Positions 36,733 to 46,900 of a DNA stretch of 64,000 nt are shown piece by piece. The translations under genes were made by a program, and so were the position numbers. The notes beneath the pieces are model-generated. The model saw only the letters and a program-made list of their open reading frames with translations. It was not told where the DNA came from and searched no databases. How positions within the stretch are numbered: position 1 is the stretch's first letter; every line of letters begins with the position of its first letter. The stretch spans positions 928,001 to 992,000 of the forward strand of contig OY969926.1 of the NCBI GenBank assembly GCA_963704645.1, given 5' to 3'. The stretch comes from an uncultured bacterium (lineage in GTDB: Bacteria > Patescibacteriota > JACMRA01).

Positions 36733-39195
36733 TTAAATCAACTTCTTGGTTCTTGCACGATAGGTTTTAAAGCCAATAAAGCCTAGTACCAAACTGCCTA
36801 AAATACCAAAAATACTCATTGGGTCAAGTCCTCCAGTTCTAGGTAAAACTGTAGCATTTAGAGCTGTAACATTAACAGTCTCTCCAGTAGGAGTAACAGC
36901 CTCACTTCCAATTTGACCATTAATACCTTGAGTTCCTGTTTGACTTCCTGTAGGTACAGATGTACAAGTCACAAGATTATTTGCTCCTACAGTACAAGTA
37001 CCTGATGGGGCGGCATCTCCAATACCAAGTTTGAAGTTATTTGGAAGAGATTTATCTGCAGGAAGAGTAAAGGTACAAGTTGTTGTAGAGTTTACAAGCA
37101 CACTATTACCTCCATTACAAACTACAGTAAGACCTGGAATGTCGGTTGTAACAAGTGGTGGGAAAAATAAAGTTACATCACCCTTATCTACAGGAGTACC
37201 TCCAGTACCTACAGTTAGTAAAGTATCTCTAAGTCCTGCACTTCCCCCAGTTGTAGGAATACCAGCACAAACTAAAGCTACAGCCGCAGTTCCATTTCCA
37301 CTAATTGTACAAGCTGGAGATTGGCCAGTAGCTGTACTTGTAGCTGCAGTAATACCGCCTGTTGGTAAAGCATAGTTATTGCCAGCGTCTCCTGTTAGAG
37401 GATAGTTACAAGTATAAGTATTTCCAATAGCTACAGTTAAAGCTGAAGTACAGTTTGATGAATTTCCAATGTTGGTTGCAGTTATGGTTGTAGGGGCTAC
37501 TACATTTACAGTTTCACCTGTAGGAGTTACTGGGTTAGAACCAATTTGTCCGTTAATAGGTTGTGTTCCTGTTTGGCTTCCTGTTGGTACAGATGTACAA
37601 GTTACAAGATTGTTTGCTCCTACAGCACAAGTTCCAGCTGGTGTTGCATTACCTATACCTAGTTTGAAGTCTGATGGAAGAGATTTATCTGCAGGAAGAG
37701 TGAAGGTACATGTTGTTGTAGAGTTTACAAGCACTGTTCCTGGTGTTCCACCTACTCCACATGTTACTGTTAGACCTGGGATGTTTGCTGTTGTTAAGGG
37801 AGTAAGAGCTAAAGTTACATCACCCTTATCTACAGGAGTACCTCCAGTACCTACAGTTAGTAAAGTATCTCTAAGTCCTGCACTTCCCCCAGTTGTAGGA
37901 ATACCAGCACAAACTAAAGCTGCAGCAGCAGTTCCATTTCCACTAATTGTACAAGCTGGAGATTGACCAGTAGCTGTACTTGTAGCTGCTGTAATACCAC
38001 CTGTTGGTAAAGCGTAGTTATTACCAGCATCTCCTGTTAGAGGATAGTTACAGGAATAAGTATTTCCAATAGCTACAGTTAAAGCTGAAGTACAGTTTGA
38101 TGAGTTTCCAATGTTGGTTGCAGTTATGGTTGTAGGGGCAAATACTGAAATTGGTGTAGTTCCTCCCAAGTTGGTTGTAGCTGCTTTAGTTCCTGTGGTT
38201 GTTCCTACTGGTACTGAAGAAGCTGTGAATGTTCCGTCTGGGTTTATTGCTGTTGTTATACTTCCTCCTCCATTGTCTATTGTTACTGTTATGTTTCCAG
38301 CATATGGAACTCCTGCTGGTGCTCCTGTTGCTTGGCCTGAACAGTTTACTGTGCCTGAGGCTACCACGCTAGAAGGTGTGCAGGTTAGACCTGTGATTTG
38401 ACCTTGTTCTGGAGTATAGGAAGTTGGGGTTACTGGAGTGTTAAAAGCTGGGGTTGCGTCTTGAGTATATGTAGGGCCGAAAGTTGGGGTTGCTGTGGCG
38501 GCGTATGAGAAAGTAGAACTTACGCCAATAGCAACAAAATAATAACATCCTCCACCTCCACAACCTGCAGTATAACCACATGAAGATCCTTGATCATATC
38601 CAACTGTTAAACCAGGAACAGGACAAGATGCAGCCTCATAAACTGGACCAGAGTTGTTTGGCGGAACGAAACACAGTCTAAAACCGTTTACAAAAACTTG
38701 AGAAGGTTGCTGATATGTTGTAGATGTAGAACTAAAAGCAGGGCAAGGAGCTGCAGGGTCAATTACAACCAATGATTGAGAAACAACACCCTGACAAGTT
38801 GTACCGTTTAGCACGCCACCTCTAGGAACAGACCCTGACCCTAAATCTGGACAACTGTAACTAGTACCAGTTTGACTTGTAACAAAACACTGAGCACCAT
38901 TGCCTCCAAGGCTTTGACCGGCAGGACAAGTATAAGAAGAAGGAGTATTAGATATACAAGTATTTCCACTTACAGTAGAACCAGCAGGACAATTTAAAGC
39001 AGCTAATGCTGTATCAGTATTTTGTAATAAAGAGAAAGTGAATAATCCTGAAATTAATAATACAGAAAGTGTTAATAAAGAGAATAAAGAATATTGTCCT
39101 TTTTTAGATTTTAAAAATTTATTTAAACTAAATTTATTTCCAAATTTAGAATTGTTACTATTACTGTCACTACTTGAAGATGATTTTTGATTCAT
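36733..39195 (-). CDS. Cys/Thr/Gly-rich modular surface protein with N-terminal TM and C-terminal LPRTG-TM-basic tail
   Basis: 642-bp internal repeat; VLPRTGG...FKTYRARTKKLI. TTGCCC-17-TATAAT at 39246-39218 suggests a start at 39195 (or 39213). Confidence 0.85.
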   Translation of the reverse strand: MNQKSSSSSDSNSNNSKFGNKFSLNKFLKSKKGQYSLFSLLTLSVLLISGLFTFSLLQNTDTALAALNCPAGSTVSGNTCISNTPSSYTCPAGQSLGGNGAQCFVTSQTGTSYSCPDLGSGSVPRGGVLNGTTCQGVVSQSLVVIDPAAPCPAFSSTSTTYQQPSQVFVNGFRLCFVPPNNSGPVYEAASCPVPGLTVGYDQGSSCGYTAGCGGGGCYYFVAIGVSSTFSYAATATPTFGPTYTQDATPAFNTPVTPTSYTPEQGQITGLTCTPSSVVASGTVNCSGQATGAPAGVPYAGNITVTIDNGGGSITTAINPDGTFTASSVPVGTTTGTKAATTNLGGTTPISVFAPTTITATNIGNSSNCTSALTVAIGNTYSCNYPLTGDAGNNYALPTGGITAATSTATGQSPACTISGNGTAAAALVCAGIPTTGGSAGLRDTLLTVGTGGTPVDKGDVTLALTPLTTANIPGLTVTCGVGGTPGTVLVNSTTTCTFTLPADKSLPSDFKLGIGNATPAGTCAVGANNLVTCTSVPTGSQTGTQPINGQIGSNPVTPTGETVNVVAPTTITATNIGNSSNCTSALTVAIGNTYTCNYPLTGDAGNNYALPTGGITAATSTATGQSPACTISGNGTAAVALVCAGIPTTGGSAGLRDTLLTVGTGGTPVDKGDVTLFFPPLVTTDIPGLTVVCNGGNSVLVNSTTTCTFTLPADKSLPNNFKLGIGDAAPSGTCTVGANNLVTCTSVPTGSQTGTQGINGQIGSEAVTPTGETVNVTALNATVLPRTGGLDPMSIFGILGSLVLGFIGFKTYRARTKKLI

Positions 39196-39366
39196 ATTTA
39201 TTTTTGTTTTCATTAGAATTATACTCCAGGTTTTTGTTTTGGGCAAAAGGGATTAAAAAATTTTTAGATAAAGGAATTAAGGTAAGTTTAAGCAAACTAA
39301 AACCTATATTTAATAGAGTAAAAAAATCCAACTAAATTGTAGGGGCTATGTGTGAGTACACCTACC

Positions 39367-39392
39367 AAGGGGTCAAGCCGAAGGTTTGGGGG
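39367..39392. repeat. AAGGGGTCAAGCCGAAGGTTTGGGGG element
   Basis: Third copy of the element at 36601 and 43782, in the same orientation. Confidence 0.75.
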
Positions 39393-39477
39393 TTGTTACA
39401 GTCAACGTTTTAAACCAAACCTGCTTGACAAAATAAACCTAAAAAAGCCCAATTGCTTTATTCTAAATAAAAAATTT

Positions 39478-39855
39478 ATGTTAAATAATATTAAAAACGC
39501 AGCAGGTTTAATGGCAAACGCAAACAAAGTTCGTCAACAACAACAAAAAATTTCTGCACTTTTAGCTTCTATAAGAGTATCTGGAACAAGTAAAAATTCT
39601 AGGGTTACTGTAACAATTACTGGGGAACAAAAAATTGTAGACATACAAATTGACCCATCTTTAGTTAACTTTGTATACGAAAACTATACATCCGTAGGCA
39701 AAGCAGATTCTGTTTTAAGCAAATCTATTATTGAAGCTGTAGAAGATGCTATTTCCAAAGTTCAAAAAGAAATTGCAAAGAAAATGCAAGAAACAGGAAG
39801 TATGGGCGATTTCATGAGTATGGTACAAGCTGTAAGCCAAGGTGGAGACCAATAG
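39478..39855 (+). CDS. YbaB/EbfC nucleoid-associated protein
   Basis: VSGTSKNSRVTVTITGEQKIVDIQIDP...IIEAVEDA. Confidence 0.85.
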   Translation: MLNNIKNAAGLMANANKVRQQQQKISALLASIRVSGTSKNSRVTVTITGEQKIVDIQIDPSLVNFVYENYTSVGKADSVLSKSIIEAVEDAISKVQKEIAKKMQETGSMGDFMSMVQAVSQGGDQ

Positions 39856-40064
39856 ATTTAACTGAGATTTAATCTCCTTCCCCCTACTCTCTTTTCAGCC
39901 TCATAGCTTTTCACTTTTTCCTTAAATGAATTACGCAACAAGATTGATAATTGTTTATTTGCGAGAGGATTCTGGAAGTACGCAATTTAGAAGGATAACC
40001 TTATCTACAATTTTATGGTTAAAACAAATACCCTCATTTTCCTAAACAAAATTTAATAATTATT

Positions 40065-40487
40065 ATGCCTAAACTATTTCTAGCCAAAACCGACCCTCAA
40101 ACTTACTCTGTTTATGATTTAGCCAGAGATAAAGAAACTAACTGGGACGGAGTTCACAGCAACCCTGCTTTGTTGGTAATTAGATCTTGGGAAATTGGAG
40201 ACTTAGTTTTAGTTTATCACTCTCAAGGTGAGGCAAAAATTATGGGTTTAATGGAAGTTATAGGTCAACCAGTAAAAGATGAAAATGACCCTAGACCAAG
40301 CTGGTACGCCAAAGTACGTTTTATTCAACATTTTGCTGAAGATAAACAAGTAACTTTAAAGGAAATTAAGGAAACTGGTTTGTTTCAAGATTGGCTTTTA
40401 GTAAGGCAGGGAAGACTTTCCACAATGGCCTGCCCCGATAATTTTACTTATTGGTTTCAAAAGAGAGTTGACCAGAAGCTGCTTTAA
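40065..40487 (+). CDS. EVE domain protein
   Basis: LAKTDPQTYS...WDGVHS...GDLVLVYHS...VTLKEIK...RQGRLS. Confidence 0.9.
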   Translation: MPKLFLAKTDPQTYSVYDLARDKETNWDGVHSNPALLVIRSWEIGDLVLVYHSQGEAKIMGLMEVIGQPVKDENDPRPSWYAKVRFIQHFAEDKQVTLKEIKETGLFQDWLLVRQGRLSTMACPDNFTYWFQKRVDQKLL

Positions 40488-42132
40488 TTAGCCCAAAGAA
40501 AAGAGGGTTAGATTTTTCTGGCCTGCTTAAAAACTCTGGGTGACTTTGCGTGGCTACAAAGAATGGATGGACAGATGTTGATAATTCAACCATTTCTACT
40601 AAAAATTGCTCTCCCTTTTCTACATCTTCAAAATAATGTTTCCCCGAAACAATTAAACCTTTTTCTTCTAAAAGTGGTACATATTCAGATTGAACTTCTA
40701 ATCTGTGCCTATGCCTTTCTATAACAGAAGTTTTGCCAAAAAGGGAGGATGTCAAACTATTCGATTTTAATTCACAACTGTAGCCACCCAACCTCATTGT
40801 TCCGCCTTTTCTATGAATATTAACTTGGGCTGGAATAAGATCTACCAAAAGTTTTTGATCTGGGGAAATTAAGTTTCTGTCTTCAAACATTTCACTGCTA
40901 AAGGCATTAATTTGAAGAACATTTCTAGCATATTCTACCACAGCCATTTGCAAACCTAAACAAATACCTAAAAATGGAATTTTGTTAATGCGGGCATAAT
41001 TAACAGCTTCAATTTTACCTTCCATTCCCCTAGATCCAAAACCACCCGGAACTATAATAGCATTGGCCAACTTCAACTTGTTTAATTCAGCTTCAAATTT
41101 TGGAGTATTTTTTAAATCTGGGTGAAGATTTTCAGCTTCCACAAAATTAATTTTTACTTGCACGTTATTTTCTACACCAGCAATTTTAAGCGATTCCAAC
41201 AAACTTAAATAGGCATCGGTTAACTTTGTATATTTGGCCACTAAGGCTATTTCTACAGTTTTAAGTAATTCAGTTTTATTCAATATTTTGTTAAAGAATT
41301 CTGGTAAACTTGGCTGAATTTGTTTAGAAGAAAATTCGTTAAGACATTGAACCATGCTGGTGTTTTGCAAATACAAAGGAACTTGATAAATAGATTCCAA
41401 ATCTGGTAAACTTATAACTTTGTAGTTAGGCAGATTACTAAACAAGGCAATTTTGGCCATAATTTCCTTAGACAAATCTTGGTCTATTTCTGGTTTATAT
41501 CTTGCCACAACAATATCTGGCTGCAAACCCTTACTTAACAATTCCCTAATAGAATTTTGAAGTGGCTTGGTTTTAAATTCCCCACTACAATGCAAATATG
41601 GAATGTATCCCAAGTGAATATGTAGTACATCCGAACCCTTCTTTTGTTTAAATTGCCTAAAACTTTCTAGGAAAATTTCTCCTTCAATATCACCGGTAGA
41701 ACCTCCAATTTCAATTAACCTTATCATTTCCTGATCTTGCGATACTTTTTTTTGAAAACATTCCTGAATGTAATTTGTAACATGAGGAATTAATTGTACA
41801 TTTTTTCCCAAATAATAGCCTTCTCTTTCCTGCTCTAAAATAGCATTGTAAATTTTACCAGCTGTAACCGAAGCATTTTTGTTTAGGTTTATATTTAAAA
41901 ATCTTTCATAGTGGCCTAAATCTAAATCTGTTTCCGAACCATCTTCTAACACGTAAACTTCGCCGTGTTCATAGGGTGACATAGTTCCCGGATCTATATT
42001 TAAATAAGGATCAAATTTTATAACATCAACTTTAACGCCTGCACTTTTTAAAATAAGCCCAACAGAAGCAGCTGTAATACCTTTTCCAATGCCAGAAACT
42101 ACGCCTCCGGTAACAAAAATAAACTTAGACAT
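40444..42132 (-). CDS. pyrG: CTP synthase
   Basis: FVTGGVVSGIGKG, DPGTMSPYEHGEV, PGGFG, GICLG, ERHRHR, QSHPE. Confidence 0.97.
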   Translation of the reverse strand: MSKFIFVTGGVVSGIGKGITAASVGLILKSAGVKVDVIKFDPYLNIDPGTMSPYEHGEVYVLEDGSETDLDLGHYERFLNINLNKNASVTAGKIYNAILEQEREGYYLGKNVQLIPHVTNYIQECFQKKVSQDQEMIRLIEIGGSTGDIEGEIFLESFRQFKQKKGSDVLHIHLGYIPYLHCSGEFKTKPLQNSIRELLSKGLQPDIVVARYKPEIDQDLSKEIMAKIALFSNLPNYKVISLPDLESIYQVPLYLQNTSMVQCLNEFSSKQIQPSLPEFFNKILNKTELLKTVEIALVAKYTKLTDAYLSLLESLKIAGVENNVQVKINFVEAENLHPDLKNTPKFEAELNKLKLANAIIVPGGFGSRGMEGKIEAVNYARINKIPFLGICLGLQMAVVEYARNVLQINAFSSEMFEDRNLISPDQKLLVDLIPAQVNIHRKGGTMRLGGYSCELKSNSLTSSLFGKTSVIERHRHRLEVQSEYVPLLEEKGLIVSGKHYFEDVEKGEQFLVEMVELSTSVHPFFVATQSHPEFLSRPEKSNPLFFGLIKAASGQLSFETNK

Positions 42133-42227
42133 ACTTTACCTTTTGAAATAGCTAAATTCAGGTCAAGATTGTGACTAATCTAAATTTGACAAAGGCAATG
42201 AACACGGCAATTTTTAATAGCAAACCT

Positions 42228-43553
42228 ATGTTTAAAGAAATTTGGAAGAAACTTTGGAATAACAACTTTATAAGATCAAACGGAATTTTATTTATAGCTA
42301 ATATTATAAATGGAACTATTAATTTTGGAATAATATTTTTTGCCGAAGCTAAACTTAGTAAAAGTAACTTTGCTTTATGGGTTGCTATTAGTGGTGTTTT
42401 AGCAGTATTTCAAGGGCCAATATCTGGCTTGTCTACGCATTTGGTTCGCAAAATTGCCAATTTAGACCACGACAATCAAAAAGTTTTATCTAGCTATTAT
42501 AGCCAGTTTAAAGTTTTAATTTTTAAAATATTTGGAATACTACTAATTTTGTCCCCTGCCCTTGGTTGGTTAGTTAACAACATTTTTAATTATCAAGACT
42601 TATATTCTAGCTGGTTGGTTATGGCTTATATTTCCTTCCAGCTTTTGCTAAGTTTGAATCAACAAATTTTATTGGGAAGGTTAAAAATTTGGCGCTACGT
42701 TACCAGTCTACTTACATATGGCTTCACAAGGCTGACACTTACTGTAGGTTTAGTATTGGTCGGTTTTGGCGTTCCAACTCTTCCTTTGGCAATGTTATTA
42801 GCTGCTATTTTGGCTTTTACTTTAGGCGAAATACTAACCAAGCCAGTACTTTCTGAAATTGATGAGAAATTTAAAGATCAAGATTCTGCAGAGAAAAAAT
42901 ATGAACTAAAACCTTGGCAAGAACTTCACTCAACTTTCTGGACAGGTTCGGTTCTGCAATTACTACTAATTTTTATGAATTTAGGAGTTTTAACAGGGAA
43001 AAGTTTTTTGGACACAGACAGTTTATACAGTTATTCTCTTGCTTATTCCTTCGGCCAAATAGTTCATTTTGGAGCTTCATCAGCCTTGGGTACTTTCGTA
43101 GCTAATTCAGCAAGAAAACATGACAAAAAACTATACCTAAAAACTTTAGGGGTTATGATGGGTTTGAGTTTGGTAATTAGTGCTTTTGTTGTTTCAGCTA
43201 TAGCTTTTGGAAGGCCAATTTTAGAATACTTTAATAAGCTTACTTACTTTGATAACTTAAAATATATTGCTTTGTTCTTAATTTTCACAATTTTTTACAA
43301 TGCAATTTACGTTACAATTCAATATTTGCTTTCTAGATCGGCTTTCAAAAAATCTGGAGTTCTAGCAATTTTTGTGCTTCTTCAATTCGCTATTTTATTT
43401 ATATTCAATCAACTTGGCTTAGAAACAATTTGGACTACAATTTGGACAAGCATAATTAGTGCAGCTCTTGGGGCAATTACCCTAATTTACTTAGCAATTA
43501 CTTGGAAAATTGACCCAGTTCCAGAAAACGATGCAATTGAAGAAATTTATTAG
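42228..43553 (+). CDS. Oligosaccharide flippase (Wzx/MOP-like)
   Basis: About 12 TM segments; N-terminal 'NGILFIANIINGTINF' pattern. Confidence 0.65.
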   Translation: MFKEIWKKLWNNNFIRSNGILFIANIINGTINFGIIFFAEAKLSKSNFALWVAISGVLAVFQGPISGLSTHLVRKIANLDHDNQKVLSSYYSQFKVLIFKIFGILLILSPALGWLVNNIFNYQDLYSSWLVMAYISFQLLLSLNQQILLGRLKIWRYVTSLLTYGFTRLTLTVGLVLVGFGVPTLPLAMLLAAILAFTLGEILTKPVLSEIDEKFKDQDSAEKKYELKPWQELHSTFWTGSVLQLLLIFMNLGVLTGKSFLDTDSLYSYSLAYSFGQIVHFGASSALGTFVANSARKHDKKLYLKTLGVMMGLSLVISAFVVSAIAFGRPILEYFNKLTYFDNLKYIALFLIFTIFYNAIYVTIQYLLSRSAFKKSGVLAIFVLLQFAILFIFNQLGLETIWTTIWTSIISAALGAITLIYLAITWKIDPVPENDAIEEIY

Positions 43554-43657
43554 GGCTTCAGTCTTTTTGGAGAGCTGTAGAGCCTGTTACCCAAAACTTG
43601 TTTCAAAAAGCTATTGCGAGCTGAGCTTGGCTTAGCGTCAGTTTCTGCCCAAAAGTC

Positions 43658-43814
43658 TAAACAAATAAATAAGATATTTTCAAAAGAAATCAACCCAAAA
43701 CCAAAACCCCCAATAAAGGGAGCTAAGTTTGGTTAGAAGTATAATACAATTAGAGTAAGCTTGGCTGAAAGTACCCCTATCAAGGGGTCAAGCCGAAGGC
43801 TTGGGGGTAGTTTG
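43658..43814 (-). repeat. About 155-bp conserved non-coding module (copy B)
   Basis: Homologous to 36477-36633; downstream of the giant surface-protein gene. Confidence 0.75.
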
Positions 43815-43956
43815 GGTATGGGGGGATTGGCCACACAAGGAAGTTATAGTTATGGCCGGTAGTATCTCCTTTACCCTCCACATTGCCCCCGGGAGATAGT
43901 AAATATCTCCCCTACAGCCACGCTCAAATTAGTCCGAGCAATGTTCTCAATCCTCC

Positions 43957-46900
43957 CTACAACCCACTTCCACCAATAGAAGTAACTCCAATAGAACCAG
44001 CTTTGAAATCATAGTTGGAATAGATTAGATAGTTCTTTGTAGTGTTTGTAGTTGTATTTGTTGTTATTGCAGTTATTTCAAAGTCTACATTGAATAATAG
44101 TTGATTTGCTTTAAGAAGGTTTCCTGTACATCCTGTAGTATTGTTGTATGTAGAGTTTGTTGTTAATGTTCTGTAGCTTGTATCTGTTCTGAATTTGTAT
44201 TTTATGGAACATGTTGTAGTAAATCCAGATTGTTCTAATCTTGTATCTTTTAGAGTTAGTATTAGGTTATCTGAGTTTGTAGAACCAGAAGCTCCATATC
44301 TTTTGGCTAGGGCTTGGGTTGGGCTGTAGGTTAGTGCTGTTTCGAATAGGGCACATGGGTTAGTTGTGGAACAAGCTGAGTCTGTTACTAGAACTATTTC
44401 TCCTGTATCTGTCTGAGTTGAGTTTGCTCCAACACCAAGTACTCCGTAGATTGGCATATTGCCTGAAGCACTTCCTGTTTGTACAAATTCACAAACTACT
44501 TGATTAGCTGGCCCACCTACTGTAAGACTGCATGTTTGAACTACAGCTGGTGTAGGCCCTGTATTAATTGTACTCCCTATTTTTAAAGTGAAGTCTGTTG
44601 GCAATGTTTTGTTTACTGGAAGGATGAAGTCACAAGTTGTTAAGCTATTTACGCTTACTGAGTTTCCTCCTCCGCACACTACTGTAAGTGCTGGGATATC
44701 TGCAGTAGTTAAAGGAGTATTTGCTGGATTTACAGTGATATCATTTCCATTGGCATAAGTAGATACTGTACCACTAGCTTTGTATTGTGAAGTTAGAATG
44801 CCTGCTGTAGATCCTACACTTATTCCAGTACAAGTAAGAGTATTTCCTGTAGCAGGGATAGTACAGTTTTTAATAGTACCAGCTGTTCCTATTCTAAAGT
44901 CTATACTACCTGTGAAGTTATTGAAGGTGTTAGTTCCAGACAGGGTTATTGTACAGTCTACTGAAGTATCTGCAGGTACGCTAGTTGGAGAACAGGACAG
45001 AGATTGAATATCTGTGTTTTGAATAGGATTGTTTACTACTACATCACTGCTTCCTGTGTTAATAGCTGTGTTGTTGTTTAAACTGTAATTTGGTTTGAAG
45101 GTTCCAATTAAAGTTCCCACAGGAGTAAGTGTACAAGTTAGAGTGTTACCTGCGGTTGGAAAGGCAGGACAAGGTGTATTCAGTCCATCACTAATTTGAA
45201 TCTTTATATCGCCTGTAAGGTTACTAAAGGTAGTTGTTCCAGTTAGGGTAACTACACAGTCACTTGTTTGGTTTATTAATTTTGGAGTTGTACACACCAC
45301 AGTTGAGATGTCACCATTAGAAATTAGTCTGTTAACTGTTACTGTTGATGTTGTGGGAATAACAGCACCGTTTCCAATTTGTCCGTTTATTGGTTGGTTT
45401 CCAGTTAATGTTCCTGTTGGAACTGCAATACAAGTTACTTCCTGTGTAGTGGTATTGGTTACTGTACAAGTTCCTGCTGGAGTTGCGTCTGATACTCCTA
45501 GTTTGAAATCACTTGGAAGAGTTTTGTTTGTAGGTAGTGTGAAGGTACAGGTTGTTGTAGAGTTTACGGTTGCTGTTCCTAAAACTCCTCCTACTCCACA
45601 GGTTACTACTAGGGAAGAGATGTCTGCTGAAGTTAAAGGTGGAATGACCACATTGATATTATTTCCATCAAGATAAGTAGTACCACTTCCAGAAGCATTA
45701 TATTGACTTGGGAACGTACCATCAGTTGCTCCTACTGGTATGTCATTACAAGTTAGAGTTGTTCCAGTAGAATTACTTGGGATAGGACAGTTTACTACAG
45801 TTCCGCTTGTGCCTATTCTTATGTTTACACTTCCACTTAGTGTGTTTAGGTCTACTGTGGTTGTTACTGTACAGTTTACGTTAGTATTGATGTTGGTTGT
45901 AGTAGGAGTACAAGTAACTGATGAAATATTACTATTGGTTATAGGTGTTCTAGTGCTAGATGTATAAACAGTCCCAGATAGGTTTACACAATCACCAGCT
46001 CCAGTTCCTGCATTAACTGTTTGAGTACCAGTATAGCCTGTTAGATTATCTGCAAGGAAAGCAATTCTTCCTCCAGCTCCACATCCTCCACCACTTATTC
46101 CGTTACCTCCATTAGAGACTAAGTTTCCTGTTCCTGCAATAGTAGGAGAGAATAACCAAATACTTCCTCCAGATCCTCCTCCACTAGTTCCAGTACCGTT
46201 TGTAGCATTAGTTGTAATGTTACCGTTTAAGGTAATAGAAGTATTAGCTCTTAGTTTAAAGTATCCTCCTCCGTTTCCACCATTAGCCCCTCCTCCAGCT
46301 GAACCAATTTGATCTGGGGCAATATTACTTCCATAGGCTATTCCTCCTATAGCTCCGTTATTGCTATCTCCTCCATTATTTCCAAAGCCTGCTCCACTTC
46401 CTACTCCAGAAACTACGTTTCCTCCTCCTGGGCCATTACCAACTCCTGCGTTGTTTCCACTGTATCCTAAACCGTTTAGATTAATTGAAGATTGGTTATC
46501 TATACTAAAAGTATTTGTTTCAATATCTATATAATTTGTTTGAGTGTTAGAGTTGGGTAGATGAGTTACTGAAGCTGTACTTGCTTTTTCTATTACCACT
46601 GAGTCTACAGAATAATTTCCTGTAAAACATGGCATGTTAGATACTGTTGGAGAGCAAGATAATTTTGTACCAGCACCCACAACAGAATTTCTAATAATTA
46701 ATGAACCAGTACTGGGAATAGGTATGCCTGCTGGGGTTATTTGTTTTGAGTATACCGTACCTGCTCCACCAGAACCATTATTTAAATTAACACCTCCACT
46801 TGCACTAACACTTCCAGTTAAAGTTTTACTTTGGTAGTATAGAGCTATTCTTCCTCCACCTCCACCATAAGAACCATTTCCTCCATTAGCATTAATGTTA

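Noticed and set aside
40444-40487. Convergent 44-nt overlap of the EVE gene and pyrG
   Set aside because: Short tail-to-tail overlaps are common in compact genomes; no evidence of function.
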